Shown here: positions 32,610 to 47,165 of the stretch, in pieces
How the letters are laid out: each line of letters starts with the position of its first letter
How positions within the stretch are numbered: position 1 is the stretch's first letter
Assembly (NCBI GenBank): GCA_009914755.4
Contig: CP068257.2
Location: forward strand, 32,032,001 to 32,096,000
Source: the human T2T-CHM13v2.0 reference genome, Homo sapiens
Direction: 5' to 3'
Length of the DNA: 64,000 nucleotides
Translations under genes and position numbers: made by a program
The notes under the pieces: model-generated
What the model was told of the DNA's origin: nothing
Seen by the model: only the letters and a program-made list of their open reading frames with translations
The model's database searches: none

Positions 32610-35600
32610 TTTTTTTTTTCCCCATATGGCTTCTGAACATTGTTTATATTTATTGTCACACTAGGATCACTTAGTTTTGTACTTTTAGTAGTATCTATTG
32701 CTTTATTTGTTATGTTGCCAATCGGCAGTTGTAAAGGTCGTAGATGAAATAGACAAGTATTTATAAGATTAATTTTATCTTACCCTTGTTCTCTTTTTCT
32801 CTTCTTGAATTTCCTCCTTCAAATATATGAACTATTTACTTAACCAAACACTCTCTTTCTCTTCCCTCTCACCATGGCAAGAGTGAAAGGGACCAGAATG
32901 ATGAAAGGTAGACAGTTGGCCTGAGGAAATAAGGTGCCTTGGCGATTCTCAGACTGGATAATCAGCTCCTGGGGAATCAGGCGCTGACTTTTTTTTTTTT
33001 CCTCCTGCTTTTACTCAGAGATCATCTTTTCATATTTTGGGATTTGTGCAGTCATTTCAATGATCTAAAAGTGAAGAGCTTGATAATAAGTTGATTTTAG
33101 TCCTACTGTCTTTTTGTGACGGATGTGCTAGATAAGCTTAATGTGAGTCATTCAAGAACCAAGCCCCTGTTTGAACCTGTCCATTGAGGGCCCTGTTTAT
33201 CAGAGGTTGAAGCATTTTTTAGCTAGCAGCTGATCTTGGGTAAGCAAGCCATTGTACAAGTTCCCCATGCCTAGTTGTTTTGCATCATTAATCATCTTTT
33301 CTTCAAGCCATGGAAACATGGCTGAGTCTTGAGTCATCTGGCTCTTCCCAGTGCTGGAAATCCACCCTGCTGAGGTGAATGTGTGAAATATTTTTTGTTC
33401 TCGGTAGAGATCTGAGAACTGGTTTGTCTCCTGCAATGAACAGATTGAATTCCTTATAAATATGTTACTAAAAGGTACCTTTTGTGTCCATTTTACAGAT
33501 ATCTGACATGATTATTTATTAAACTCCTTTAAATAACTCCTGTGCTTAATGCAGTTTCCAAATATTTGAAATACTAAATGTAGATTTAGGGAACTCAGTG
33601 ACCAGTTTTCATTTGCATTTTGATGAATTTCTCTATTTTAATATTTGTAGTTGCTATCCATTTTAGAAATATCCACTCTGCCAAGTAGGTTGGGAATGTG
33701 TGCAAGAATGACAGCTTAAATAATGTGCTTGTTTGCTATTGAAGCCGATGCCCCTAAGTAAAGCTACCAGATAAAGAGAGGAAAGGGGGAAAAAAGGAGG
33801 AGAATGAAGCCACCGTGTAACATCTGTTAGAGACTCAATGTGAGCCCTGTGAGTTAGTCTTCATTTCCCATGCTATGTTTTATTTTTATTTTTCCTGTTC
33901 CATTAAAGCATTTCGGTTAATTCTGTATAAGTAGAATGCTGATAACTCCTTAGAGAAATGTGATTCAGTAATAACCTTGTTTCCATGTGACTACTTATCT
34001 AATCTGCCATGCATCTGCTTTAAGGAAGGTGTCCATTAGGGTCAACTCACAGGTCAGACATTAATCTTAATTGTCAAATGTCTCAACTCATTGCTAGAGA
34101 CTAAATTGATCTTGATGGCACTCATCTGAGTACCGATTCACACTAAAAGACAGTCAAGGGGTTGTTTTCCTTTGTGTGTTGTAATTCTTAGCAGGATCCT
34201 AAAAATGAAAGTTTTAAAATGTGGAATAGCATGATTAATGAGGACATTTATTAAGGTTAAAGCAGTTTAAAAGTTCAGTTTAATCTAAGGTTAGCTTGTA
34301 GGAACTGATATAAGAGATAGTTAAAAATTTGTTAAGCTTTACTTAAAACCTGTATTTGGGGGTAGAAACAGTTTTCCTAGGGTACTTATAATTTCCTTTA
34401 ATTATCTCAGAAAGAGGGTCTCTTATTAGGATGAGGGAAAAAAATGACCCGTCATTCTTTTAAATCAGGTTTAATTTATTCCTGATATTTATATGATTCT
34501 TATATGTCATGTAATTCTTATGACATATAAGAGAGAAAACATTAATCTAGAGTAGGTAATTTCCTAGTTCAGCTTCTTCCACTTGTGTGAACTACAGAAG
34601 AACTGAAGAGTAATTGTAATTGTTTTATAACTTTAAAGAATTTAAGAGATTAAATTGCTGTCCTTGTGAATTCTTTGTTAAGTAACTCTCAAAGAAATAG
34701 TCAAGTTAAAGGGGATTTACTTTCTAAAACTAGCTTTCTTTTCTTTCTGTCTAACCTTTTATTATGAAAAATTTCAACATCTACAAAAGAAAGGAGAGTA
34801 GTATCATTACCCAGCTACAGTCACTGTTAACTCTCAGCTAATCTTGTCTCCATCCTGCCACCCTCCACTCCAGATTATTTTGAAGCAAATTCTAGACATC
34901 ACTTCCTTTTATTAAAGCAAGTTGCGTTTCATAGTGACAATAGAAACCATTTACTCTTGGCACAGGTGCTAAGGTCTGAATACAACTTTAAGGAGACAGT
35001 GTCTGCATTGAAGAGCTTATGTTTTAAGAAAGGAGTTTATGTTTTCACTGGATATACTCGGCGTTCAGGGAATCAGAGACTTTCTTCAAGTTTCCCTTGT
35101 CTTTTAAATAGGGACGTATTTGCAAGTTCTTATCTGTTTGGAAATTCCTGTAGCAAGTTCAGGTTTAGTCATTCTGTACTGCTTTGGTGGTGCCTTATCT
35201 AAATAGTATTGAAAGGAAGAAAGAATTATTTCACCAAGAGTTGGCCTTGAAAGGAGTTAGATGTATTGGGTATATTTAGGAAGTACCCCTTCAACGCTGT
35301 AATAATATACCAACTTTTAAAGCTACCTCATAATAGCTCTTAAAAACACATTTAAAACACTTAGAGGTGATCCTTTTTCCTAGCCATCAGTGGGACAAAT
35401 TAATTCCTTTTTGAGTAAAAAAAAAAAAAAAAAAAAAATTCTCTTTTTTTAGTACTCAAGATCAGCAAGTATTGGTTGACTCATTCTTTGTTGTTAAACC
35501 TCTTGGTTTCTCAGGCCAGTGTGTCTTTTTGTATACTTTGACCTTGCACTTTAAACTGAATTCCTTTTGTCCTTTGAGGGAGGCATAAAGCTGTCAGTTC

Positions 35601-36849
35601 CTGTTGGTGAGTGTGGGAAATTGAGTTTTCACTCTTCTCTATAATTTCTGCATTTCAAGTGGTTTTAATAATAATCATAACTATTTCTCAATTTTACTTC
35701 TTAAAAAAGTAGATTCATCAGACTGAATTGAATATTTGTTTTCCTTCTAAAGCTGAAGCCAATTTTGCCATACTTGTTTGTGCATTCTTAAGAGTTTAGT
35801 ACTTAAGCATAGAAAACTGTGGGGTTCACATTTATATTTTGCTTTATTACAACTTAGAAGGTAATTGATGACTTGGCTCTGTGGTATGCTCAAAGTGCTG
35901 GACTGAGCTAGTTCAAGAATGTCATTAGCAGTGAATGGGAAATATGTGTCTACTTTTCTTCAGTAGCTAAACAGAAGTAATTATATATTTACATTCTACC
36001 TATTTCATAGGGATGTTGTTAGAATTACTGTGATTAGTTTTTTTTTTTTAATTTCCAAATGTATTTAAGCTTCTTTACAGATAGGTGCCATATCAAAGCA
36101 AGGTGTTAATGTCATTTTTCTCAATTTGTGTTTTTGTCACTAGAAATATATATATATTGCTTTTTCTCTTTTCCTGGTATATTTTTCTGATAAATGTTTT
36201 GAAATTTGTTATCTTAAGTTTTTCATAGCTGGAATGCTAGAAAAGCATTTATGTCCTATTTTTAGTGCAAGTGATGAGTCTGGCTGGGTGGGTAAGTTAA
36301 TGGCAAGGTAATTGAACTGTGCTGAGTGCTCGCCGATGTATCCTTCTGGCCTCTCCATTTTCAGGGTAGAGTTACTGTTTACAGTGACATGTTTCACAGT
36401 CTGTGTGACCAGCCAGTGTGAATCAGTTCGTCTATTGCCTGGCTTTCTTGAGCTCAATTTTTGTCTCATTTCCCCTTTCCATTTTATATATCACATTTCA
36501 AGATGGATGATCTACTTGTCTAACCACTCCAGGGAAGATTGGTGCCATCTAATAAAGTCAAAATGAGGTCCTGCATGTTACCTGGCATAAATTAGAGAAT
36601 TATAGAATGAATGTGTGAACAGATCTGAGACTAGAGCTAGGTCACGAAACTCCTCAGTTTTTTTGGGTTCTCATTATGTGTTTATGGATGGAATTGTTCT
36701 CTTTATCTGGTTTGGGTGGTTTTGTTTGTCAGTGGCCAATGTGGTGGATATTTCAACACAATTTGGACATGCTTCCTATATATTTTGCAGAATGGTCTTT
36801 TTCTTTTGGTTAACTTTATAACTAATAGTTAAAGAATTTTCAAGCCTCA

Positions 36850-37219
<370 letters not shown>

Positions 37220-38592
37220 GAATTTTCAAGCCACATTAGGATGCTTATCGGCATGAGTTTTACATAATAAGACAATCTGAAATGTATTTGAGTTTTGATG
37301 TTTCTAATCTGTAGAACTTGAAGGCCTAAGGATTTTGTAGTTTTTTAGGGAACAGCATTCCTCTTTCTCTCAGGTGATCTATGTTATGTTGACCTACTCA
37401 AACATGTTAACTTTGAAAATGAACCAACGTTCAGGAACAAATGAAATGACATTTTCAGGACAGCATTCCAAATACATAGTTAGGGACAGTTGTTCGTAGC
37501 TTCTGGAGTGTTTGAAAATGGCCCTCATATCATACAACTTGAATTGGCATTCATTGACAATCACTTTGCTTTTAAAAGATGCTTAACAAAGAGTTGTAAG
37601 TAACATACTTTGAGACTGAGTAAATAAAATAAACATGCGAACCTTTGATGTTAAGCTGAGTTTGTTTGATTTTTCAGGCTGAATATACAAAGACTGTTTC
37701 TAGGAAAACTTGTGCTTTGTACAGATAGAGGAACCTCCTAAGAATTTTGATTGTGGCTTCCAAAATAGCAGATTTCTAGAATATGATTACCTACTTTATC
37801 TAAGATTTCAAAAAGCTGCTTTGTCTATTTTATGATATAAAGTTTTCAAAAAATCATCACTGTTTTGTTTGCCTTTTTTTTTTTTCTTGAAAAGGCATGT
37901 GTTTAAGCATCAGCCTTATTAGCTGGACTGTTATTTCATGTATTTCTGTTAGAACGCTGGATAATGGACTTGAAACTTACATGGCTAATATAATACCATG
38001 AAGTTTAGGAAACTAAGGGCTCATTTCTGTTGTATTCCTTGGAACGTATGTGGGTTCAAGATCAAAATCATTATTTCTTCTTTGTTTTGGTATTTGTCTC
38101 TTTCGGGAATTAAAATTTGTTCCCAAACATTCGTAGGACTACACTGTAGCAGGAATCTGAATAGAAAACACTCCTTGTTTAGTTCTGAGTTTATGTGGAT
38201 GAGGACTAAGTGACCATTGAAGGTGGAAGGGTGATCACAGAGATTACTCAGAACTTAATTTATTAATTCTAAAATGCGTTCATTGAATACACATGGTTTG
38301 TGTGCTTTTTATGGGCCAAACCATGTAACAGAGGCTGGGAATGCAGTTCTTGCTCTCAGGGGAATGTAGTCTTGTCTGAGAAACAGACAATGAACATCAG
38401 TTTCCAATAGATCTAGTTGTAGGCTTAGAGCATGCAGAGGGAACAACAGAAAAAATCCACTGAGACCATTCTGGGGTCCAAATAGGACCCATGGCCCAAG
38501 TTTAGAATGGCAAGAAAGAGGAAAGACAGAGGGAGCTTGGGCAGTGTTCTGCAAAGGATAAATTCAGTTCTCTAAGAATAGTTCACTAGTCC

Positions 38593-38903
38593 TTTTTTTT
38601 TTCTTTTTTTTTTTGAGATGGAGTTTCGCTCCTGTCACCCAGGCTGGAGTGCAGTGGTGCAGTGGTGCAGTGGCACGATCTCGGTGCACTGCACCCTCTG
38701 CCTCCCAGGTTCAAGCAATTCTCCTGTCTTAGCCTCCTGAGTCACTGGAATTACAAGCACGCCCGGCTAATTTTGGTATTTTTAGTAGAGATGGGGTTTC
38801 ACCGTCTTGGCTAGGCTGGTCTTGAACACCTGACCTCAGGTGATCCACCCACCTCGGCCTCCCAAAGTGCTGGGATTACAGGCATGAGCCATTGTGCCTG
38901 GCC
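38593..38903 (-). mobile_element. Alu SINE (full length) with internal cagtggtg tandem micro-duplication
   Basis: ttttttttttctttttttttttgagatggagtttcgctcctgtcacccaggctggagtgcagtggtgcagtggtgcagtggcacgatctcggtgcactgcaccctctgcctcccaggttcaagc...ggcatgagccattgtgcctggcc. Confidence 0.9.
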
Positions 38904-39182
38904 TGGTCACTTGCTCATAGTTATTAATCTGAAGAAGTTCTACAGTAAATCAAATGTTCAGGATTGCCTAATGTTGACTTACTGATTTAGAATATCATTC
39001 TCTTGGTATGCTTCTATAAACTACCAGTGCTCAATTTTTCTTTTCAATTTTGAACTTGTTGATGGACAGTGTCTACAGTCTCTTGACAGTTATGTAATTT
39101 GTGTCTATTTAGGTTTAAGCTGTCACCTTCCCAAATGCGGCATCTGTGTAGCCCCAGAGGGAGCATTCTAAAAGGTAAATCT

Positions 39183-39476
39183 GAGCCTGGCGCAGTGGCC
39201 CAGGCCTGTAATCCCAGCACTTTTTGGGAGCTGAGGTGGGAGGATCACTTGAGTCCAGGAGTTTTAGACCAGCCTGGTAGCAAGACCCTGTCTCTACAAA
39301 AAATAACAATAAATAAAATTAACAGGCACAGTGATGTATACCTCTAGTCCTAGCTACCGTAGAGGCTAACATGGGAGGATTGCTTGCACTCAGGAGTTCG
39401 AGGCTACAGTGAGCTATGATCGCACCACTGTACTCCAGCCTGGTAGCAAGGGCCTATCTCTAAAGAATAAAAAATA
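39183..39476 (+). mobile_element. Alu SINE (old, J-like), first of a five-Alu head-to-tail cluster
   Basis: cctggcgcagtggcccaggcctgtaatcccagcactttttgggagctgaggtgggaggatcacttgagtccaggagttttagaccagcctggtagcaagaccctgtctctac...gctatgatcgcaccactgtactccagcctggtagcaagggcctatctctaaag. Confidence 0.85.
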
Positions 39477-39478
39477 GA

Positions 39479-40647
<1,169 letters not shown>

Positions 40648-41389
40648 GACCCATTTCTGCCGAAAATCTTTCAGTGACTCCATCACCCCAATGGGCCATG
40701 GGCAAGTCCTGTTTCCACTCTCACATCCTTGCCTTTGGGATTGTTTTCATTCCTGCTGAGTATTTACCCTCACCTGGAAAGCAGCTGTGTGAACTTCTCT
40801 TCATCCTTCGTAGGCTGGTGGCCTTTCTTCCATGCTCAGTTAATCAGTTTCTCTTCTCTGCTTCCTTTGTTCTTTGGCCTGCTCTGCGGTGTTGTATGAA
40901 ACACACTGTGCCAGAATTGTTTGTTTACTTTCTGTTCCTGTTCTAAATATGAGCTCTTTGAGGCAGGACCTGTGTCTTTCTTTGGACCTTTACGTTTGTC
41001 GCAGTAACTGTCATATAATAAACAGTCAATACTTGATTTAAGCTGAGCAATGTAACACTTAAACATTAATTTTGTTACATTTACTGGATTATAATGGTGA
41101 CTGAAAAAAACATTTTTAAGTTTTTTACTCCACCTGGGACAATTCTAACTAAGTGTTTTACTTATGTTAAAACTCATTTAATTATCTTTGTTAAAGAATT
41201 ACTCTGATGCTTGTTAAAATAGTTAGGAAGACTTTATTCAAGACTATTGCAATGGCGGGGAGAGATCCAGCTCAATTCTGAATCCAGCAAGGACAAATAG
41301 AGAATTACAGTCAAGTAGCAGAATATGGTCAGTGAATGGTAAATTGCTAAGTGGAGACATCAAGGTCAGTAGATCTTATAAAACTGGCT

Positions 41390-41760
41390 TAGTCTGCTTG
41401 GGCTACTGTAACAAACTACTATAGACTAGATGCCTTAAGCAATCGAAATTTATTTCTTATAGTTCTGGAGGCTAAGTCTCAGATCAAGATGCCGACAGAT
41501 TTAGTTCCTGGTGAGGGCCCTCTTTGTGGTGTGCAGACAGTCACCTTCCTGCTGGCAGAAGGAGAGATCATCTCTCTGATGTCTGTTCTTATAAGGGTAC
41601 CAATCCCATTCATGAAGGCTCCACTCTCATGATTTTAATTACCTCCCAAAGGCTCGCTTTCCAAATACCATGACCTTGGGGATAAGTGCTTCAGTGTATG
41701 TATTTTGAGAGGACACATTTGGTCCATGGCACTGACCTAACAAGATTGTTGCCGAAGGCA
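41390..41760 (-). mobile_element. MLT1-type MaLR LTR (reverse orientation)
   Basis: gcttgggctactgtaacaaactactatagactagatgccttaagcaatcgaaatttatttcttatagttctggaggctaagtctcagatcaagatgccgacag...gttcttataagggtaccaatcccattcatgaaggctccactctcatgattttaattacctcccaaaggc...ccaaataccatgaccttggggataagtgcttc matches the reverse complement of the recalled MLT1 consensus (...ccacccagtttgtggtactttgttacggcagccctaggaaactaatacaa). Confidence 0.65.
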
Positions 41761-42559
41761 GGCCTAGAATGTATACATCAAAGGTGGGGGTGAGGAATTT
41801 GATCAAATATCAAAGGTGATCAGATATCTCAGATGGGGGTGATTCTCACTAAACTGACTTAGCAGGATTGTTTGTAAAACTGAGTTAGGTAGGCTGAAGA
41901 CAGGAGGGGACTGGAGGAGGTTGCGGCTTCGTTGAGGAGGGCTCAGAGAAGCCTGAGTTTGGTCAAGGAGAGGGTCTTTGTCACTGTTAGGAGCCTTTTA
42001 ACTTAGGTGCTAATTATACTAGCATTTTATAGACAAAGAATCTGAAGCTTAGAAAGAGGCTAAGCAACTCACGAGGTCCGTACCAGTAAGCACCCTACCT
42101 GGATTCTAGCTGGCGTGCTTTCTGTTCCATAACTTTAAAGCATTGATCATCTGGACCCTGCCTGTGATGGCTCAATTTGCTTTTGCTAACCTGCTGTGAG
42201 AATCAGTGGAAGTTTGCCTCTGCTTTAAAATTACTCATGGTCTTGCTGCCCTTAGTGCTGTCAATCCTGTGATTTCCACTGGAGCAACATACTCAGGTTA
42301 CAACACTGGGTAACATTTACATTTTAGCAGCTTTCTTGAAATTTAAAATATATGTGTAAGTATCTCATTTATATGCATTTCTAGTTTCTTTATACAACAG
42401 AATAACTTCTTTTACATCAAATTTCTGAATTTGACTAAATTTAGAAATAATGGAATCTCATCCATTAAATATAGTCATAGAAGGAAGGAAATATGAAAAT
42501 TAGGATTTCAGATGTTTGAACATAAAAGATAATTTTAAACATTGTCAGTAATCTATTTC

Positions 42560-42878
42560 TTTTTTTTTTTCGAGACGGAGTTTTGCTCTGTCACCCAGGC
42601 TGGAGTGCAGTGGCACGATCTTGGCTTACTGCACCCTCTGCCTCCCAGTTCAAGTGATTCTCCTGCCTCAACCTCCTGAGTAGCTGGGATTACAGGGGCA
42701 TGCCAACATGCCGGGCTAATTTTTGCATGCCACCATGCCAGGCTGATTTTTGTATTTGTAGTGGAAATGGGGTTTCGCCATATTGGCCAGGCTGGTCTTG
42801 AACTCCTGACCTCATGTGATCCGCCCACCTCGCCTCCCGAAGTGCTGGGATTATAGGCATGAGCCACCGCGCCCAGCC
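42560..42878 (-). mobile_element. Alu SINE (full length) with internal about 27-bp tandem duplication and TSD aatctatttc
   Basis: ttttttttttcgagacggagttttgctctgtcacccaggctggagtgcagtggcacgatcttggcttactgcacc...aggggcatgccaacatgccgggctaatttttgcatgccaccatgccaggctgatttttgtatttgtagtgg...ggcatgagccaccgcgcccagcc. Confidence 0.9.
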
Positions 42879-43083
42879 CAGTAAAATCTATTTCTATGAA
42901 AAGCTCTTCAAATGTAGGTGAACGCTGTAAGCTTTATGAATCAACTGTTTTCTAAATGGTAATACATGAAATCTGACAATTTTTTATGTGATTTTATTCA
43001 ATTTTCTAAGAAAAGTAAAAAATCAGATACATAGCCGCTCTTCTCTTGGGACTAGTCTTGATACCTTTTGTATTTTTATATAG

Positions 43084-43455
<372 letters not shown>

Positions 43456-43808
43456 TAGCCTGCAATGCTGTTCCCACTTGTGTCTATATAGCACTCCTAA
43501 TTTAAATCATACACACTGCTATTCTGCAGTGATTTCTTACTCTTTCAGTCAGGGTTGGTAGCTTTTTTCTCTGGGCTTTCACAGTCCTGTGGAAGGGCAC
43601 AGGGTTATCTTATCTGATACAATGTGTACGAAAGGAGTAACTGTATCATAGTAAAAGTTTTATATATAAGTGAAAATATTTACAACACTTTATCCAGCTT
43701 ACAAGTTTTTGATATATTTTGTTTCTGTGTCTTAAACACAATGGACAAATACCTCATATAAAGTTTTATATTTTTAATTGTCATATATTTCATTATATGG
43801 ATATATCT

Positions 43809-44110
43809 TTTTTGGAGACAGAGTCTTGCTCTTTTGCTCAGGCTGGAGTGCAATAGCACGATCGTAGCTCACTGCAGCCTCCAATTCCTGGGCTCAAGCG
43901 ATCCTTCCACCTCAGCCTCCCAAGTAGCTGGAACTACAGGCATGTGCTCCCATACCTAGCTAATGTTTTGGTCTTATTTTTGTTACTTATTTATTTATTT
44001 TTAAACACTTTGTTGCTTAGGCTAGTGTCAAACTCCTGGGCTCAAGGAATCCTCCCAAACTTTGGCTACCCAAAGTGCTGGGATTACAGATGTGAACCAC
44101 CATGCCTGGC
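43809..44110 (-). mobile_element. Alu SINE (old J-like) with TTTA-rich linker
   Basis: ttttttggagacagagtcttgctcttttgctcaggctggagtgcaatagcacgatcgtagctcactgcagcctccaattcctgggctcaagcgatcc...cagatgtgaaccaccatgcctggc. Confidence 0.85.
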
Positions 44111-44303
44111 TGGATGTTTCATAATTTACCTAACTGTTCCTATGCTATTGAACAGTTAAGATTATTTAAGTTTTTAATTGTTAAAAATAAAGTCATGGTG
44201 AATGCCTTTGGACATATATCTTTGTATTTTGGATTATTTTCTTATGGCAGATTTGCAGGAGTTTTGTTATTGGGTAAAATGGAAAGAACATTTTTCCTTT
44301 ATT

Positions 44304-44897
44304 TTTTAAGAGACAGGGTCTGGCCAGGCGCTGTGGCTCACACCTGTAATCCCAGCACTTTGGGAGGCCGAGGCGGGCAGATCACCTGAGGTCAGGAGTT
44401 CAAAACCAGCCTGGCCAACATGGCGAAACCCCGTCTCTACTAAAAATACAAAAATTAGCCAGGCGTGGTGGTGGGTGCCTGTAATCCCAGCGACTTGGGA
44501 GGCTGACAGGAGAATTACTTGAACCTGGGAGGCGGAGATTGCAGTGAGCCGATATCACACCACTGCACTCCAGCCTGGGAGACAGAGCAAGAGTGTCTCA
44601 AAAAAAACAAAAAACAAAAAACAGACAGGGTCTTTCACTCAGGCTGCAATGCAGTGGTGCAATCATGGTTCTCTGCAGCCTCCAACTCCTAGGCTCCATC
44701 AATCCTGCCTGAGCAGTTCCTAGGACTGCAGGTGCGTGCCATCATGCCCAGCTGATTTCTGTATTTGTTTTTTTTATTTGTAGAGATGAGGTCTTACCAT
44801 CTTTCCCAGCTGGTCTCAGACTTCTGGCCTCAAGCAGTCCTCCTGCCTTGGCCTCCCAAAATGCTGGGATTACAGGCGTGAGCCACCGTGCCCGGCC
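44304..44897 (-). mobile_element. Alu SINE (old J-like) split by a younger nested Alu: 44304-44321 plus 44623-44897
   Basis: ttttttaagagacagggtct | [nested Alu] | ttcactcaggctgcaatgcagtggtgcaatcatggttctctgcagcctccaactcctaggctccatcaatcctgcc...ggcgtgagccaccgtgcccggcc. Confidence 0.85.
44322..44622 (+). mobile_element. Alu SINE (young, S/Y-like) nested in the head of the older Alu; TSD agacagggtct
   Basis: ggccaggcgctgtggctcacacctgtaatcccagcactttgggaggccgaggcgggcagatcacctgaggtcaggagttcaaaaccagcctggccaacatggcgaaaccccgtctctactaaaaatac...gcctgggagacagagcaagagtgtctcaaaaaaaacaaaaaacaaaaaac; agacagggtct precedes and follows. Confidence 0.92.
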
Positions 44898-46869
44898 ACT
44901 TTTTTCTACTCTTGATATACTTACCTATGATACGCTTTCCAAAGGAGTTGTAACAGTTTGCCCTCCCACCAGTGGTGTGAGAGAGGGTCTCTTTGCTCTA
45001 ACAGTATTAATATCAGATATCTGTATTAAACTTATTTATTTTGAGGCCTTACCTCTTTCCTTGTGGTAAACTTTCTGAACTAGGTTGACCTAAAGTAAAC
45101 TGGTTTAGATTCCCAAATAAAATTGACAAAAACTTTATAAGATCCATTTTAAAAGTTGGAGTGTCAAGGAAATAGGAAAAGCTTTGTTAGAGAGGGAAAT
45201 GTTATTCAGTGAAGTACATATTGAATGTGTGAACTTTTCTTCAGTAACAGTTGTTATCTTTTAAAAATCTTCTCCATGGTATTTGGAATTTTAAAGCTTA
45301 ATACCTCTGCTGGATTTTGCAAGCGTGAAACTAAAACACAGTGAAATTTGAATGTGCAAACATACATAAACTGGAATTGTGAATAAATTAGATTATAAAC
45401 CAAACACATTTTGAGTATAAGTGGGCCTTTAGAAAGTTTTTTATATTATGGGTAGAAGGTGAACCTTTCTAAAGAAAATAAGAAATTGAGGAAATCTAGG
45501 ATTTTCTTCTTTTTATTTTGGATCTCAGTGTGTTTGTGATTTTTAACAGAAACGTTCTTTTCTGTACTTTAATGGTGCAGCCAGATCCATGTAAAGAAAA
45601 GGAGTGAAATCCCCAGGAAAGATGACCAGCAGCAGGATTCTTTTCAGCTTTTCTCCCTTTCCTCAGGCTTGAATATATTTCAGTGCACCTCAATCAAGTG
45701 AAGTGAGATTAAATATTTGAGTCATCTGTCTGTTGCCTTCTAAAATGGTCTGGCTTTCTGTTGGCTGCAGTCTATTTAGTGTTTTAGTGATGCTAATGTT
45801 ATTGAATGGTTTTTAGTTCTAAAACTTCTAGTAGTGATAAATCTTGTGCATAGAAGTCCCCTAGGTCACTTAGCAGAGCGCAGTTGGTTTTTGTTAGTGA
45901 CTGCATTGTCCTTTGCTCTCATTCGTGATACCCAGTGACTTTTCATTGATGTTGCAGTAAGGCTTTTTTTTTGTTGTTGGACTTCTCCCATTCTTTACAC
46001 ATTGGTAAATAATCTTCAGCTGTAGCAGGAGGTAGCCAGCATCTATGTGTGGATCAGATTTATCAATATGTACCTGTGCAGATTGCCTTTATCTCCTGAT
46101 TGGGCAAATACTTAACAGTCCTTAGCAGTCTCTCCATTGAGTTTTCCACCAACTCTAACTGGCAAAAGGACTCAGTTGTATTGGACAGGAAAATCTTATT
46201 GTCTTTGCTGTCCATTGTGGCACTAAAGCTGTGAAGATGTCATACATGTGAAGTATTCACTGGATTCTCAGTTACTTACTCGTTATCAAGGCTTACATGT
46301 AGCCAATTTAATTTTGATGAATATGTTTAAATGTAGGGCATTTTATAATTACTGGCTCATGGTTTTTTATACAGTATGTGCATATTTCATTTCTTTTACT
46401 ACCGTCTTTCAGCCCATATTTAATTCATCCATTTGCAGCTGTTGCACTGTTTTGTTGAAACTGGCTTAAAAATCTGGCAGGAGGCTTCCCTACTTTCTTG
46501 CCCTTTTCGGTGTTATGGTGTTATTTTACACAGTTAGTACTTTCTATGTAGTTTCTTCTTTCCTAAAGCTGAAGGGCCATATCTCTCAAACTTTTCTCTG
46601 CTTACCTTTAACCACTGTTCGTGCCGATGAGCTGATAATACCAGGCTTGGTTGCTGGCTGTATTTAGAGGTATACAATTTAAATACCCAGAGATAAAGGT
46701 GACAGTAGTAAATTAGTGCACTGTATTGTCTTAAGACTAAGTGTGATTTCAGTTCTTATGCTACAACATGGAAGTTTATTTTAATGTTTTCCTTTATGTA
46801 TGGGCTTTGCAATGGTTGAAACTTGAGTTTTTATTTGGAAGTTTTGGAAGACAACTTTTAGATTGTCTC

Positions 46870-47165
46870 TTTTTTTTTTTTTTGAGACGGATTCTCACTC
46901 TGTCGCCCAAGTTGGAGTGCAGAGGCGTGATCTCGGCTCACTGCAACCTCTAGCTCCCGAGTTGAAGCGATTCTCCTGCCTCAGCCTCCCGAGGCATACA
47001 CGACCACACCTGGCTAATTTTTTTTTTTTTTTTTTTTGTATTTTTAGTAGAGATGGGCTTTCACCATATTGGCCCGGCTGGTCTCAAACTCCTAACCTCA
47101 GGTGATCTGCCTGCCTCGGTTTCCCAAAGCACTGAGATTACAGGTGTGAGCCACTGTGCCTAGCC
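46870..47165 (-). mobile_element. Alu SINE (full length) with long T-tracts at the start and in the middle linker
   Basis: ttttttttttttttgagacggattctcactctgtcgcccaagttggagtgcagaggcgtgatctcggctcactgcaacctctagctcccgagttgaagcg...ctggctaattttttttttttttttttttgtatttttag...ggtgtgagccactgtgcctagcc. Confidence 0.9.
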
